Source: Candidatus Omnitrophota bacterium
GTDB taxonomy: Bacteria; Omnitrophota; Gorgyraeia; Duberdicusellales; 4484-171
DNA length: 9,391 bases
NCBI GenBank assembly: GCA_021735655.1
Contig: JAIPGM010000015.1
Location: forward strand, 1-9,391
Direction: 5' to 3'
In this document: one piece after another, positions 7,553 to 9,391 of the stretch
Numbering within the stretch: position 1 is the first letter of the stretch
How the letters are laid out: every line of letters starts with the position of its first letter
Position numbers and translations under genes: made by a program
The notes under the pieces: model-generated
What the model was told of the DNA's origin: nothing
Database searches by the model: none
What the model saw: only the letters and a program-made list of their open reading frames with translations

Positions 7553-9250
7553 CTAGCTAAGGGTAATTGCTATATCGAAGGTAAGCGACCGACGCCGGAT
7601 GCCTTGAGGAAAATTCGGTAAAGGACTAGCCTGTACAATCTCCTCTCTGATCGTTCGGTCGATAAGTTGAGAACCAGAGGCACGAAGCATGCTAATATCG
7701 CTGATATAACCATCAGACCCAACGGTAATTCTAAAGAGAATGTTACGATTTATGGCTGATGAGCTAGATAAGCTCAAGATAAGATTGCGGAAACGAGAAG
7801 TATCAATAACGTCTCGAGCGTAAGCTACGTAACGATCAACCAGATATCTTTGATCACCGTATACATTTGAGCTTGATTCTACTCTGATATTCTGAGAATT
7901 AATGACCGAATCCCTCCGAGAGCGGTAGTTCTGGCTAGGTTGAGACTTCCTTTTGAAAAAACGATTTTGACCTTCCTCGATCGAGTCCGGATCAAACTCT
8001 TTAAACTTTTCACCTAAATTCGACAGGTGCGGAGTTATAAAAATTAATACCTCCTTATCTTCAGCAGTCCTATCCTTCGATTTAAAAAAATTACCCAAAA
8101 AAGGAACGTGACTTAACATCGGGGCTCTGGTTTTGGTTTGACTTGAGTTGTGTTGGATAAGCCCTCCGATACCAATAGTGTCACCATCAAAAACCCTCAC
8201 GGTAGTAGACACTGTCCGTCGGTTTACTATCGGTAAATTAGCGCTACTGGTTCCGACAACTTCACTTACTTCCGGCTGAATTTTTACAGTAATTGCCCCG
8301 CTTGAAGAAACACTAGGGGTAACTTTTAGGGTAACTCCAGTACCAATTGATTGAAGAGTATTGTAAGGGTAGGCTTGAGAACCGGTATTAATTAAGAAAA
8401 ACTCCTCTTTGCCAATAAATATATTTGCCTCTTCTCCGTCTAAGGCTGAAATCCGCGGGTTAGCCCTTACCACTGCTTTTCCGGTCTGAATCATGGTTTT
8501 TAAGGTAATTAGAGTGCTCTGGGTAACTGTTCCGGAAAGAGTATATTCAGCAGTTGTCGCAGACCCCAAACCCTTCTCAAGAGTAAAGTTTGACGGCGGA
8601 CTAACCGTAAAACCACCCTCCTGCATACTACCCCACTTAACGCCCAGCTCTTTTTTATCCGATTCTGATATTTCAATAACTAAAGCTTCCATCATAACCT
8701 GTTGACGAGGTTGATCGATCTTATTAATATCCTGCCTGAAGCGAGCAATAATATTCAACGGGGCAGTAATTGTTACTGAATTATTTTGTAAATTAGCCTT
8801 AATGTAAGGATGAAAAAAGTCAGACACTAAAGACTCTACATCCTTGGCCTTGACATAATCCAAAGCTATAACCTCGGTTTTGGCTAAAAGGTCAAACACT
8901 GGGCTCTCCGGTTTAGCTAAGCCAACAATGTAATACTTATCTATCTTTTTAAAGTTATAGCCCAAAGGAATCAGAATCATACTCAAAGCTTCCTCTAGGG
9001 GTACATTTTCAAGTTCAACGTTAATAAAACCCTGGACCGAAGGATCAATAACAATCGGCACCTTGGTTTGAGCTGAAACGTCTTGAAGAGCCTGGCGAAC
9101 ATCAGTCTCATAAAATACATTATTTACCAAGGGCTCAACTGATTCAGCATCCAGGTAGCTTGCAAAAAAATCATCTGACGAATAAGCCGCCAGCGACACA
9201 AAAAACAATCCGGCCAAAAGAACAACACAAATTTCTTTTTTTAGTTTCAT
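7553..9250 (-). CDS. outer-membrane secretin (GspD/PilQ family) with N-terminal STN/N0 domain and a C-terminal TonB-C-like extension
   Basis: 565-aa ORF with a cleavable signal peptide (MKLKKEICVVLLAGLFFVSLAAYSS). An STN/N0 domain spans about residues 43-110 (DVRQALQDVSAQTKVPIVIDP...VPLEEALSMILIPLGYNFKKIDKYYIVG). One secretin N-domain follows (QQVMMEALVIEISESDKKELGVKW). The canonical secretin core is present: VVRANPRISALDGEEANIFIGKEEFF ... RVFDGDTIGIGGLI ... APMLSHVPFLGNFFKSK...KEVLIFITPHL. The last 100 aa or so (NILFRITVGSDGYISDISMLRASGSQLIDRTIREEIVQASPLPNFPQG...SLTFDIAITL) match the TonB C-terminal domain pattern. A Shine-Dalgarno AGGAGA sits 5 nt upstream of the ATG. Confidence 0.8.
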   Translation of the reverse strand: MKLKKEICVVLLAGLFFVSLAAYSSDDFFASYLDAESVEPLVNNVFYETDVRQALQDVSAQTKVPIVIDPSVQGFINVELENVPLEEALSMILIPLGYNFKKIDKYYIVGLAKPESPVFDLLAKTEVIALDYVKAKDVESLVSDFFHPYIKANLQNNSVTITAPLNIIARFRQDINKIDQPRQQVMMEALVIEISESDKKELGVKWGSMQEGGFTVSPPSNFTLEKGLGSATTAEYTLSGTVTQSTLITLKTMIQTGKAVVRANPRISALDGEEANIFIGKEEFFLINTGSQAYPYNTLQSIGTGVTLKVTPSVSSSGAITVKIQPEVSEVVGTSSANLPIVNRRTVSTTVRVFDGDTIGIGGLIQHNSSQTKTRAPMLSHVPFLGNFFKSKDRTAEDKEVLIFITPHLSNLGEKFKEFDPDSIEEGQNRFFKRKSQPSQNYRSRRDSVINSQNIRVESSSNVYGDQRYLVDRYVAYARDVIDTSRFRNLILSLSSSSAINRNILFRITVGSDGYISDISMLRASGSQLIDRTIREEIVQASPLPNFPQGIRRRSLTFDIAITLS

Positions 9251-9255
9251 TTGAA

Positions 9256-9260
9256 TCTCC
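9256..9260 (-). promoter_or_regulatory. Shine-Dalgarno GGAGA for the secretin gene
   Basis: The minus strand reads ACATAGGAGATTCAAATGAAACTA, placing GGAGA 5 nt before the ATG. This supports 9250 as the start. Confidence 0.55.
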
Positions 9261-9301
9261 TATGTTAATTGTCCAGTATATTCTACTCTCAAAATATCAA
9301 G

Positions 9302-9341
9302 CCATTTATCGCAAGCCCTACATTAGGCTGGAGATAAATGG
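9302..9341. repeat. 9-bp perfect inverted repeat CCATTTATC-N22-GATAAATGG upstream of the secretin gene
   Basis: It lies at plus 9302-9310 and 9333-9341, about 50-90 nt upstream of the secretin ATG on the minus strand. The loop contains a small nested inverted repeat (AGCC..GGCT). Confidence 0.4.
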
Positions 9342-9391
9342 TAAACTTTTTTATCAGATTGTAATTTAAAATTACTAAAATCTTCAAATAC

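Noticed and set aside
8493-8705. Plus-strand 70-aa ORF inside the secretin gene
   Set aside because: It is antisense to the secretin core domain, with no SD and no recognisable motifs. It is most likely spurious.
9228-9245. A7 homopolymer in codons 3-5 of the secretin (ATGAAACTAAAAAAAGAA), a possible slipped-strand phase-variation tract
   Set aside because: Seven A residues is below the length usually associated with phase variation. The run simply encodes the Lys-Lys of a typical signal-peptide n-region.
9160-9369. Plus-strand 69-aa ORF spanning the secretin start and its upstream region
   Set aside because: It overlaps the secretin signal-peptide codons and the inverted-repeat region. It has no SD and a Lys/Ile-rich, low-information sequence. 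The region is better explained as the secretin 5' regulatory region.
9265-9391. Sigma70 promoter for the secretin (TTGATA ... TATACT / TAGAAT)
   Set aside because: The candidate hexamers are spaced 14 nt or 9 nt apart, not 16-18. The promoter may lie further upstream, outside the window, or it may use a different sigma factor.

Overview
All six large ORFs lie on the minus strand of this AT-rich window (roughly mid-30s % GC by eye) and tile it almost completely. Reading in the direction of transcription, from high to low coordinates, the genes are: an outer-membrane secretin of the GspD/PilQ family (7553..9250), then a tightly packed purine de novo biosynthesis cluster of purB (6130..7425), a fused purS-purS-purL (3169..6057), purQ (2405..3157), purM (1413..2405) and purD (139..1416). 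Three of the four pur-pur junctions show translational coupling: stop/start overlaps of 1 and 4 nt and an 11-nt gap. The 72-nt purB-purSL gap carries the intercistronic hairpin. A good extended -10 sigma70-like promoter sits in front of purB. I see no CRISPR array, RNA gene or obvious mobile element. Most of the window is ordinary housekeeping sequence. The parts worth a second look are domain architectures. (i) The secretin carries an N-terminal STN/N0 domain and, unusually, a C-terminal extension of about 100 aa that reads like a TonB-C/TolA-C fold. (ii) FGAM synthetase is encoded as two tandem PurS-like repeats fused to PurL, with PurQ still separate. This looks like an intermediate between the three-protein small-PurL system and the single-chain large PurL. 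(iii) The palindrome TCAATTGA occurs in both pur intergenic regions, once overlapping the purB -35 element, and a 9-bp inverted repeat sits upstream of the secretin. Both are candidate regulator sites. No multi-gene defence or mobile system is evident here, and I am not claiming one.
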